Shown in pieces: positions 51,038 through 58,937 of a stretch of DNA of 64,000 nt; within the stretch, counting starts at the first letter, position 1, and each line of letters starts with the position of its first letter. The notes under the pieces are model-generated. The model made no database searches. It saw nothing but the letters and a program-made list of their open reading frames with translations, and was not told the DNA's origin. Made by a program: the position numbers and the translations under genes. This stretch comes from Vulcanimicrobiota bacterium (GTDB taxonomy: Bacteria; Vulcanimicrobiota; Vulcanimicrobiia; Eremiobacterales; Eremiobacteraceae). The stretch covers positions 384,001 to 448,000 of the forward strand of contig CAWETU010000001.1 in the NCBI GenBank assembly GCA_963812135.1. Direction: 5' to 3'.

Positions 51038-52255
51038 ATGCCATATCTTCCAGGCATGCGTCGGCGCGAGTTCCTCATCGGTGGCACGGCACTTGGAAGC
51101 GCACTGCTCGTCGGTGCGCCCGCTCTCGCGCAGACGGTCACACTCCCGTTCGCAAACGGCACGCGCCCCGTCGCGGCGTATCCCCAAAAGCGTCCGCTCA
51201 TCGTGATGACGACCCGGCCCGTACAGCTGGAAACGCCCATGTCGATCTTCAACGAAGGCGCGTTCACGCCGAACGACGCCTTTTTCGTGCGCTGGCACCT
51301 GGCTGGCGTTCCCACCGACATCGACGTCAACGCATTTCGCATCAACGTCCATGGCTTAGTCTCGTCGCCGCTACAAGTCAGCGTCGCCGACCTCAAGAGC
51401 AGTTACGACTCGATCGAGATCGCCGCGGTGTGCGAATGCTCGGGCAATAGCCGCGGCTTCTTCAATCCACGCGTGGCCGGTGGGCAATGGGGCAACGGCG
51501 CCATGGGCAACGCGTTGTGGAAAGGCGTACGCCTGCGCGATATCCTCACCAAAGCGGGCATCGGTGCGGGCGCAGTGCAGGTGCGATTCAACGGCGCCGA
51601 AGTGCCGGTGTTGCCTGCCACGCCGGACTTCATGAAGTCGCTCGACACGGATCTGGCCATGAGCGACAACGTCATCCTCGCATATTCGATGAACGGCGCA
51701 GACCTGCCAGTGCTCAACGGCTACCCAGTCCGGTTGATCGTGCCGGGATATTTCGCAACATATTGGGTCAAGATGCTCAACGACATCGAAGTGCTGTCCG
51801 AGCCGGATCAGAATTTCTGGATGAAGACCGCATATCGGATTCCAGCGGACCCATGCGGCTGTCAGCAGCCGGGCTCGACCGTCAAGACGATACCGATCAA
51901 TCGCTTGACCGTGCGCTCGTTTATCACGAGCGTCGCGGACGGCGCTCGCGTGAAGTCCGGCGCCGCGCTGACCGTCAGCGGCATCGCCTTCGACAGCGGC
52001 TACGGCATCCAAAGCGTGCTGTTCTCGAGTGACGGCGGCGCGCACTGGACGCCCGCCGCGCTCGGCAAGGACTATGGCAAGTATGCATTTCGGCCGTGGC
52101 AGGCGCGCTTCACGCCGCAAGCCGGAAAGCAGTACACGCTCGGCTCGTTGGCCATGAACACGATCGGGGAGGCTCAACGGCTGGACAACCCGGTCTGGAA
52201 TCCGGGCGGCTACTTGCGCAACACCGTGGAGACGGTTCGCGTCTCCGCGAGCTGA
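51038..52255 (+). CDS. sorA: Tat-exported molybdopterin oxidoreductase, sulfite oxidase family (SorA-like)
   Basis: RRREFL Tat motif; FFVRWH, CECSGNSR, GAMGNALWKGV, LNGYPVRLIVPG, WVKML, WNPGGY. Confidence 0.88.
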   Translation: MPYLPGMRRREFLIGGTALGSALLVGAPALAQTVTLPFANGTRPVAAYPQKRPLIVMTTRPVQLETPMSIFNEGAFTPNDAFFVRWHLAGVPTDIDVNAFRINVHGLVSSPLQVSVADLKSSYDSIEIAAVCECSGNSRGFFNPRVAGGQWGNGAMGNALWKGVRLRDILTKAGIGAGAVQVRFNGAEVPVLPATPDFMKSLDTDLAMSDNVILAYSMNGADLPVLNGYPVRLIVPGYFATYWVKMLNDIEVLSEPDQNFWMKTAYRIPADPCGCQQPGSTVKTIPINRLTVRSFITSVADGARVKSGAALTVSGIAFDSGYGIQSVLFSSDGGAHWTPAALGKDYGKYAFRPWQARFTPQAGKQYTLGSLAMNTIGEAQRLDNPVWNPGGYLRNTVETVRVSAS

Positions 52256-52265
52256 AGAGGGTGTC

Positions 52266-52592
52266 ATGAAGAAGTCGATCGTTCTTGGACTCTTGGCGTT
52301 CGCTGGCGTGGCACTCGCCGGTGTCGCGGTGACCCGCGCAGATCCAGCAGGCTCGATCACGCTGCCACCGCCGGACATCACGCTCAAAGACGGCCCGAAT
52401 GCGGCGTTGGCGCAGTCAAAATGCGTGATCTGCCACTCGGCTGATTACATCTACACCCAGCCGCCGCTCACCAAAGCGCAGTGGACAGCAGAGGTGACGA
52501 AGATGCAGAAAACGTACGGTGCGCCGATCGCAGACGCCGACATCCCGCTGTTGGTGGATTATCTGATGTCGCAGAACGGCAAACAGAGCTGA
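52266..52592 (+). CDS. sorB: Monoheme cytochrome c (SorB-like)
   Basis: Signal peptide; CVICHSADYIYTQPP, KMQKTYGAP. Confidence 0.88.
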   Translation: MKKSIVLGLLAFAGVALAGVAVTRADPAGSITLPPPDITLKDGPNAALAQSKCVICHSADYIYTQPPLTKAQWTAEVTKMQKTYGAPIADADIPLLVDYLMSQNGKQS

Positions 52593-53065
52593 GCGAAGTT
52601 TCGCCGGTCCGCATCCGCCTGGTCGAATCGGCTGACGACATCGACGCCGTCACCCCGCTCTTCGACGCGTATCGCGTCTTCTACAAAGCCCCCTCGGATA
52701 CAGAGGGCTCCCGCGCATTTCTGCTGGAGCGTTGGCGAGCGCGCGAATCGGCGCTCTTCATCGCGTTCGACGGCGACGACGCGATCGCATTCGTACAGCT
52801 GTATCCGCTGTTCTTGTCCGTCGGCATGCGGCGACTTTGGCTGCTCAACGATTTGTACGTCCATCCGGGATCGCGGCGGTCCGGCGTCGGGCGGCAACTG
52901 ATGCAGCGAGCCGAACGGCACGCGCGCGAAACCGGCGCAGCAGGGCTCACCTTGAGCACGGCGCTCGACAACAAGACGGCGCAGGCGCTGTACGAATCGG
53001 AAGGCTACGAGCGCGACGGCCGGTTCTGCGTGTACAACAAGCAGTTCGACGGGAACGGCGTGTAA
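52589..53065 (+). CDS. GNAT family N-acetyltransferase (start codon uncertain)
   Basis: LFDAYRVFY, FVQLYP, WLLNDLYV, RRSGVG, NKTAQALYESEGY. Confidence 0.85.
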   Translation: MSEVSPVRIRLVESADDIDAVTPLFDAYRVFYKAPSDTEGSRAFLLERWRARESALFIAFDGDDAIAFVQLYPLFLSVGMRRLWLLNDLYVHPGSRRSGVGRQLMQRAERHARETGAAGLTLSTALDNKTAQALYESEGYERDGRFCVYNKQFDGNGV

Positions 53066-53101
53066 GTCGGAAAGCCGCCTCGATCTGGGTATAAGGCAGA
53101 T

Positions 53102-53584
53102 ATGAAGAAGATCATATTTGCCTCATTCCTGGGCCTGGCGCTGGCGACGTCGATGGTCAGCATGGCTCGCGCCGACACCGATCCGCCAAAGGCATGGCAG
53201 GACGTACGCGCATTGGTCGTGCGTTTCAACGACGCGCAGAACGCCCACAATCTCGATGTGATCGGCGCGCTGCTGGTGAATTCGCCTGATTTCGTGTGGA
53301 CGGTCGGACCGACCGTGCAACACGGCCGCGACGCCGCGCTCGGTCAGCTGGCGGCGATGTATCAGCAAGCGAACTGGAGCGTGCTGCCGGATTATGGTGC
53401 CCTTAATATCCAGTTGCTGGGCGACAGTCAAGCAGACGTGACGTTGCCGACGCAGTTCAAGGCGACGACGGCGCTGCAAGACACCACGATGCAGGCGGTA
53501 GTCCATGAGCGCGCGGTCAAAACGCCTGAAGGCTGGCGAATCGCCTCAGTAGCGGTGCAGGCACAGCCCGCGGCCGCGTTTTAG
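53102..53584 (+). CDS. Secreted NTF2/SnoaL-like protein
   Basis: Signal peptide; FNDAQNAHNLD, HGRDA, KTPEGWRIA. Confidence 0.75.
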   Translation: MKKIIFASFLGLALATSMVSMARADTDPPKAWQDVRALVVRFNDAQNAHNLDVIGALLVNSPDFVWTVGPTVQHGRDAALGQLAAMYQQANWSVLPDYGALNIQLLGDSQADVTLPTQFKATTALQDTTMQAVVHERAVKTPEGWRIASVAVQAQPAAAF

Positions 53585-53612
53585 CGTCCCGCAGCTAGGG
53601 CGGGTTGTTCAC

Positions 53613-54569
53613 ATGGGGCGAGAACCAGGCGCGGCTATGGGTTTGGGAGACGAAGTCCGCGCAGGGCTGACGGCGCATCCGAAGACGCTGCCGACCAAGT
53701 ATCTGTACGACGATCTTGGTTCGGCGCTCTTCGAAGTGATCTGCCTCCTGCCCGAGTATTATCTCACCCGGTCGGAAGCGGCGATTCTGCGCGCGCATGC
53801 GCGCGACATCGTCGCTGCGGTCGGCGATACGCTTGAGATCGTCGAGCTCGGCAGCGGTACCGCCACCAAAACCCGCTTGCTGCTCGACGCAGCGCTCGCG
53901 CGCCAGGGCACGCTACGCTACAGCCCCATCGACATCTCGCGCTCCGCGTTGGATCAGACGGTCCATGCGCTCAATGCCGAGTATCCGGCGATCACCGTCG
54001 ACCCGCAGGTCGCCGACTATTTCGAAGGGCTGCGGCGCTTCTCGCGCAACGGCGTCGAGCGCACGCTCGTGCTGTTCTTGGGGTCGAATATCGGCAACTT
54101 CGAGCCGTATGAAGCGCGGCGCACGCTGAGCGCCGTCCGCGAGACCTTGCGCCCCGGCGATTCGCTGCTCATGGGCGCCGACATGAAAAAGGACGTCGCC
54201 ATCCTCGAGGCGGCTTATAATGACAAGCTCGGCGTTACCGCCGCTTTCAACAAGAACCTGTTGTGGCGCATCAATCGCGAGCTCGGCGGCCATTTCGACC
54301 TCGACTCGTTCCGGCATCGAGCGAAATACAACTCGGCCGAAGGACGCGTCGAGATGCATCTGATCAGCGACACAGCGCAGGACGTCGCCATCGACGCGCT
54401 CGGCATGACCGTCCATTTCGAGCCCGGCGAAAGCATACACACCGAATCTTCTTATAAATACAACCCCAAGCAGGTCGAAGCGCTTGCCGATGAGACAGGC
54501 TTCAAGGTCTTACAGACCTGGACCGACCAAGCCAAGACCTTCACGTCAAACCTGCTCGTCGCACGCTGA
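53613..54569 (+). CDS. egtD: L-histidine N-alpha-methyltransferase
   Basis: PKTLPTKYLYDDLGSALFE, LPEYYLTR, ELGSG, FLGSNIGN, AAYND, TAAFNKN, IHTESSYKY. Confidence 0.92.
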   Translation: MGREPGAAMGLGDEVRAGLTAHPKTLPTKYLYDDLGSALFEVICLLPEYYLTRSEAAILRAHARDIVAAVGDTLEIVELGSGTATKTRLLLDAALARQGTLRYSPIDISRSALDQTVHALNAEYPAITVDPQVADYFEGLRRFSRNGVERTLVLFLGSNIGNFEPYEARRTLSAVRETLRPGDSLLMGADMKKDVAILEAAYNDKLGVTAAFNKNLLWRINRELGGHFDLDSFRHRAKYNSAEGRVEMHLISDTAQDVAIDALGMTVHFEPGESIHTESSYKYNPKQVEALADETGFKVLQTWTDQAKTFTSNLLVAR

Positions 54570-54574
54570 TCCGA

Positions 54575-55207
54575 TCAAGCGGGGGTCGCCGCAAGGTGGC
54601 GGCGATAGCGCGCCTCCATCCGGCGTAACGCAAAATCAACCGTGATCGCTAGCGCCGCTGAGACAAGCGCGCCGGCTACAGCCTTTGCCGGATAGTCCGA
54701 CTGGATGCCGCCGAGCACGAGCGTGCCGAGGCCGCCCGCGTCGATCCAGGCCGCGACGTTCGCGATGCCGATGATCGAGACCGCGGCGACGCGCACGCCG
54801 GCGAGCGCGACCGGCATCGCGAGCGGCCGCTCCACGGACCAGAACACCTGCCACGAACTCATGCCCATGCCGCGCGCCGCTTCGACGACTGCGGGGTCGA
54901 CGCCGTTGATGCCGGCGGCGATGTTGCGCACGAGGATCATCTGCGCATATGCGGCGAGCGCGACGAGCGCCGTCGTGAATCCGAGGCCGAGCGCAGGGAT
55001 GAGCAGCGCGAACAACGCGAGACTCGGGATCGTGTAGATCACGCCGAGCAGGCCGAAGATCGCAGGCCGCGCGATCGCCGAGCGCGCCGCCAACACGCCT
55101 AAAGGAATGGCGAACAGCAGCGCGAGCGTGAGCGCGGCGACGCTGAGCCAGATGTGCTGCCCCAGCGCTTTGGCGACGATGTCGGGATGCGCGAACAAGT
55201 ACTGCAT
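54575..55207 (-). CDS. OpuC/ProW-type ABC permease
   Basis: YTIPSLALFALL, EAARGMGMS, AGGLG. Confidence 0.9.
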   Translation of the reverse strand: MQYLFAHPDIVAKALGQHIWLSVAALTLALLFAIPLGVLAARSAIARPAIFGLLGVIYTIPSLALFALLIPALGLGFTTALVALAAYAQMILVRNIAAGINGVDPAVVEAARGMGMSSWQVFWSVERPLAMPVALAGVRVAAVSIIGIANVAAWIDAGGLGTLVLGGIQSDYPAKAVAGALVSAALAITVDFALRRMEARYRRHLAATPA

Positions 55208-55208
55208 G

Positions 55209-56189
55209 TCAGCGCTTCTGGGTGGCCGGTTTGGCCGCACGCTGCAGGTCGGACCACGTCAGCGAACCTACCGGACCGCCCGCGGCGTCCACCACGAGCA
55301 ACGACTGCACGCCGGTCGAGATCATCAGCGAGAGCGCCGTGCGCAGATCTCGATCTAGCGAGATGCGATGGCCGCTTGATGGCAGCGGGGCTTCGCCGGC
55401 GGGCGACATGACGGAGCCGACCTTCATCACCGAAAAGCGCCGCATCACGTCGTCCGCATTGAGCAGGGCAGCGACGAAGACGTTTGCCGGACCAGTGATG
55501 ATGTCCAACGGCGTGCCGGCTTGCTCCACGCGGCCGGCCTTCATGACGACCAAGAGGTCGGCGAGGCGCAGCGCCTCGTCGACGTCGTGGGTCACGAATG
55601 CGATCGTCTTGTGCAGCCGCGCGTGCAGCTCGGCCAATTCGTGCTGGAGCCGCTCGCGTTCGATCGCGTCGAGCGCGCCGAACGGTTCATCCATCAACAA
55701 GATCTGCGGATCCGCCGCCAGCGCGCGCGCGAGCCCGATCCGTTGCTGCTGACCGCCGGAAAGCTGCGAAGGATACCGCTGCCGATAGCGTTCGGGTTCC
55801 AGATGCACAAGCGCGAGCAGCTCGTCAACCCGCGCAGTGATGCGCGCGCGATCCCAGCCCAGCAACGATGGAACGACCGAGATGTTCTCCGCAATGGTCA
55901 TGTGCGGGAACAGGCCGACTTGCTGGATCACATAGCCGATGCCGCGGCGCAACGCCACCGGATCCGTCGTGGCGACGTCGACGCCGTCCACCAGCACGCG
56001 GCCGGAGGTCACGTCGTAGAGACGATTGATCGTCTTGAGCAGCGTCGTCTTGCCGCTCCCGGACGGCCCGACGAACACCGCAAACGTGCCGGGTGGGATC
56101 GCCAAGCTGACATCGTTGACCGCATGCTCGCCACCGGGATAGGCCTTGACGACGTGGTCGAACGCGATCGCCGCGCGGGCGTAGGCCAT
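55209..56189 (-). CDS. OpuC/ProV-type ABC ATPase with C-terminal CBS-like region
   Basis: [43 protein letters not shown]. Confidence 0.93.
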   Translation of the reverse strand: MAYARAAIAFDHVVKAYPGGEHAVNDVSLAIPPGTFAVFVGPSGSGKTTLLKTINRLYDVTSGRVLVDGVDVATTDPVALRRGIGYVIQQVGLFPHMTIAENISVVPSLLGWDRARITARVDELLALVHLEPERYRQRYPSQLSGGQQQRIGLARALAADPQILLMDEPFGALDAIERERLQHELAELHARLHKTIAFVTHDVDEALRLADLLVVMKAGRVEQAGTPLDIITGPANVFVAALLNADDVMRRFSVMKVGSVMSPAGEAPLPSSGHRISLDRDLRTALSLMISTGVQSLLVVDAAGGPVGSLTWSDLQRAAKPATQKR

Positions 56190-56191
56190 CG

Positions 56192-57100
56192 TCAGAGCAG
56201 CGATGCCTGTGTGAGGAAGGCGTGCGCCACGTCAGCGGGCTCTTGGCGTATCCCGTCCACCTGATAGTTCAGGTGCCGCATGACGACGTCGGTGAGGAGC
56301 GGCGCGAGCCGGTTGAGCGTCGGCGCGATCGAAGGATACGCTTGCAGCGCCTGGGCGCGCACCACTGGTGCGACCGGGTACGGCGGGAAGAAGCGGCGAT
56401 CGTCTTCGAGCACGACCAAGTGGTCGGCGTCGATCTGTCCGTCGGTGCCGAACGCCACGACGATATCGACCGCGCCGGTCTCGAGCGCTTTATATTTGAG
56501 ACCGATGTCAACCGGCACGACCTTGGCGAACGCAAACCCGCCGTACGCCTTGATCAACCCCGGCAAGCCGTCGGGCCGCTCAAGGAACTCGTGCGGCGCG
56601 CCCAGCCGCAGTTTCGGCGCCGCACGCGAGCAGTCGGACAAAGTCCGCAATCCGTATTTCGCCGCGATCGGCGACGTCGTTGCCAGCGCCTGCGTGTCGT
56701 TCATCGGAGCCGGATCGAGCACCACGAGCTGATATTGTTTGGCATACTCGGCCTTGACCAATTCGTAGACCGCTTGGCGATCGGCGATCGGCGCGTGCTT
56801 GAGCACGACCAGCAGCGCGGTGCCGGTGTATTCCGGATACAGATCGATGTCGCCGCGCGCGAGCGCAGGCATGACCACTTGTGTGCTGCCGAGGTTCAGA
56901 CGGCGCTCGACCGTGAGGCCGGCGTGTTCGAGCAGCGCCGCATACATCTCGCCCAGGACGAGCTCCTCGGTGAAATTCTTTGAGCCGACCTTGACGTTGG
57001 CGCGTCGCGCGCAGGCCGCCGGTAGCAATGCGGACGGCATCAGCGCCGCCAGCGCAAGCGATGAGAGTGCCCGGCGGCGCGTGATGCGCGCGATCTTCAT
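56192..57100 (-). CDS. Betaine/osmoprotectant-family ABC substrate-binding protein (OpuCC/OsmF/EgtU-like)
   Basis: RRR and hydrophobic leader with possible lipoprotein Cys; VGSKNFTE, DLYPEYTGT, RPDG, TDG, FFPPY. Confidence 0.9.
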   Translation of the reverse strand: MKIARITRRRALSSLALAALMPSALLPAACARRANVKVGSKNFTEELVLGEMYAALLEHAGLTVERRLNLGSTQVVMPALARGDIDLYPEYTGTALLVVLKHAPIADRQAVYELVKAEYAKQYQLVVLDPAPMNDTQALATTSPIAAKYGLRTLSDCSRAAPKLRLGAPHEFLERPDGLPGLIKAYGGFAFAKVVPVDIGLKYKALETGAVDIVVAFGTDGQIDADHLVVLEDDRRFFPPYPVAPVVRAQALQAYPSIAPTLNRLAPLLTDVVMRHLNYQVDGIRQEPADVAHAFLTQASLL

Positions 57101-57744
57101 GCGCGAGCCAGCGCCGGCGCGGCGAGTTGCCGTTGCGTCAAAGCGAGCACGCCTTCGGCGACGAGTGCGAGCAGCGCCACGCACAACGCGCCGGCGAGCA
57201 GCTCTCCGACGTCATCGTTCTGCAAACCGGCGATGATGAGATCGCCCAAACCGCCGCCGCCGATAAACGCCGCGAGGGTCGCCGACGCGATCACCTCGAC
57301 GGCTGCGGTCCTCACGCCGGCCAGGATCACGGGAGCGGCAAGCGGCGTCTCGACGCGGCGCAATACTTGGCCCGGCAGCATCCCCATGCCGACGGCGGCT
57401 TCGACGGCCGCACGATCCACGGAACGGTAGCCGACGTCGGTGTTGATGAGGATCGGCGGGATCGCGAGCAAAGTCAGCGCGACGAGCGCCGGTTTTGACC
57501 CAAGGCCGAGCACGGGCAGCATCAGGGCCAAAACCGCGAGGCTTGGTATAGAGCGCAACGCGGTCATGACGCCGATGACCGTCGAGCCGGCAGGGTGCCG
57601 AGACGTCCAGATCCCGAGCGGAATGCAGAGCGCGCAGGCGATCGCCAGCGCGGTGAAGCTCAAACCGACGTGCACCCCGACCGCGTGCGCGAGCGCTTGG
57701 TGATTGGCGGCGACGTACGTCCAGAGCGCTTGGGCCGCGGTCAT
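57097..57744 (-). CDS. OpuC/ProW-type ABC permease
   Basis: RSIPSLAVL, IPPILINT, GMGM, AAFIGGGGLG. Confidence 0.9.
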   Translation of the reverse strand: MTAAQALWTYVAANHQALAHAVGVHVGLSFTALAIACALCIPLGIWTSRHPAGSTVIGVMTALRSIPSLAVLALMLPVLGLGSKPALVALTLLAIPPILINTDVGYRSVDRAAVEAAVGMGMLPGQVLRRVETPLAAPVILAGVRTAAVEVIASATLAAFIGGGGLGDLIIAGLQNDDVGELLAGALCVALLALVAEGVLALTQRQLAAPALARA

Positions 57745-58370
57745 GACGGCCCACCTTCTGCCGCGAGCGTCGCGCGCACCTCTTCGTCGGATACTTCGCG
57801 AAAGTCAGCGTAATAGCGCCCAACCGCAAAGTGCCACTCGGTCGCCGGGATCAAGACGACGAGGCGGTCGCAACTCGCGCGCAGGCGGCCGAGAAAATCG
57901 GCCGGCGCGACCGGCACGGCGCACACGATGCGCGTGGCGCCGCGGCGGCGAGCGGACTCGATCGCGCATAGCATGGTCGCGCTGGTCGCGATGCCGTCGT
58001 CGACGATGATCGCCGGTTTGCCGCGCACGTCCACGGGCGGGCGGTCGCCGCGCAACGAGGTCTCGAGCGCGCCCGCGCGCGCTTGCGCCGCGGCGATCAG
58101 GACATCAAGCTCTGCTTTCGAAACGTCGCGTGCGTGATCGGTGAGCACGACATCGCCCGTCGCGGAAACCGCACCCATCGCCAGTTCCGGCTGGGCGGGA
58201 TGGCCGACTTTGCGAACGACGACGACGTCGAGAGGGTCGCGCAACGCACGCGCGACCGGATCTGCGACCAGCACGCCGCCGCGCGCGATGCCGAGCACGG
58301 CTCCCGGCGATTCGTCGCGGAGCCTTTCGGCGAGCAGCGCGCCGGCTGCCCTACGGTCGGCGAAGATCGT
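57741..58370 (-). CDS. Phosphoribosyltransferase family protein (start uncertain)
   Basis: IFADRRAAG, LGIARGGV, VRKVGHP, ELAMGAV, IVDDGIATSATM, AVPV. Confidence 0.85.
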   Translation of the reverse strand, partial: TIFADRRAAGALLAERLRDESPGAVLGIARGGVLVADPVARALRDPLDVVVVRKVGHPAQPELAMGAVSATGDVVLTDHARDVSKAELDVLIAAAQARAGALETSLRGDRPPVDVRGKPAIIVDDGIATSATMLCAIESARRRGATRIVCAVPVAPADFLGRLRASCDRLVVLIPATEWHFAVGRYYADFREVSDEEVRATLAAEGGPS

Positions 58371-58785
58371 TCTGAACGGGACTCGTCGAGAAGGCGCGGA
58401 CGCCGAATTGGCTTGCGCTTGCGCGCTCGCTCACGTATGTGTCGAGCCGATAGCGCTCATCGTCGCTGATCCATACGAAGCGCAAGCCGTAACGCGCGTG
58501 GAAACCGCTCGCTCCCGGCAACATGTAGATGACCTTCGCTTGGATCTCATAACGCTGATCGAGCCCGAAATACATCGCGACTCCGACCTGTTGACCGACG
58601 CGCAAGCGCTGGTGGGTGCGCAAACAAGCGCCCCCCGCCGAAACGTCCTGCAGGATCGCGGGCTGCACTTCGCCGTCCCCTAACACCAGCCGGACCGGTT
58701 CGCTCATCGCCAGACGCGTTGATAGGCGAGGCTTTAAACCAGACCCGCCCGGCTTTTTCTTGAAGAGGAACCCAAAAATGGACAT
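58351..58785 (-). CDS. PilZ domain protein (c-di-GMP receptor)
   Basis: RLSTR (RxxxR) and DVSAGG (DxSxxG) motifs, YGLRF. Confidence 0.88.
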   Translation of the reverse strand: MSIFGFLFKKKPGGSGLKPRLSTRLAMSEPVRLVLGDGEVQPAILQDVSAGGACLRTHQRLRVGQQVGVAMYFGLDQRYEIQAKVIYMLPGASGFHARYGLRFVWISDDERYRLDTYVSERASASQFGVRAFSTSPVQNDLRRP

Positions 58786-58838
58786 TATTCGGAGCGTGCA
58801 GCCCCCGCCGTCCTACTCACTTGGTCCCCCAAGTCTTA

Positions 58839-58868
58839 ATGATACGTTTACGCCTACGGACCTGTCAA
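58839..58868 (-). promoter_or_regulatory. Sigma70-type promoter for the pilZ-PRT-ABC genes
   Basis: TTGACA, 18 bp spacer, TATCAT on the minus strand. Confidence 0.55.
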
Positions 58869-58937
58869 GCCGACAGGCCGTTCGCCTTCCCGAAGCCCGC
58901 TTTTTCCGAAGGTCCGCTGTCCCTAAGAGAGGGGCTT

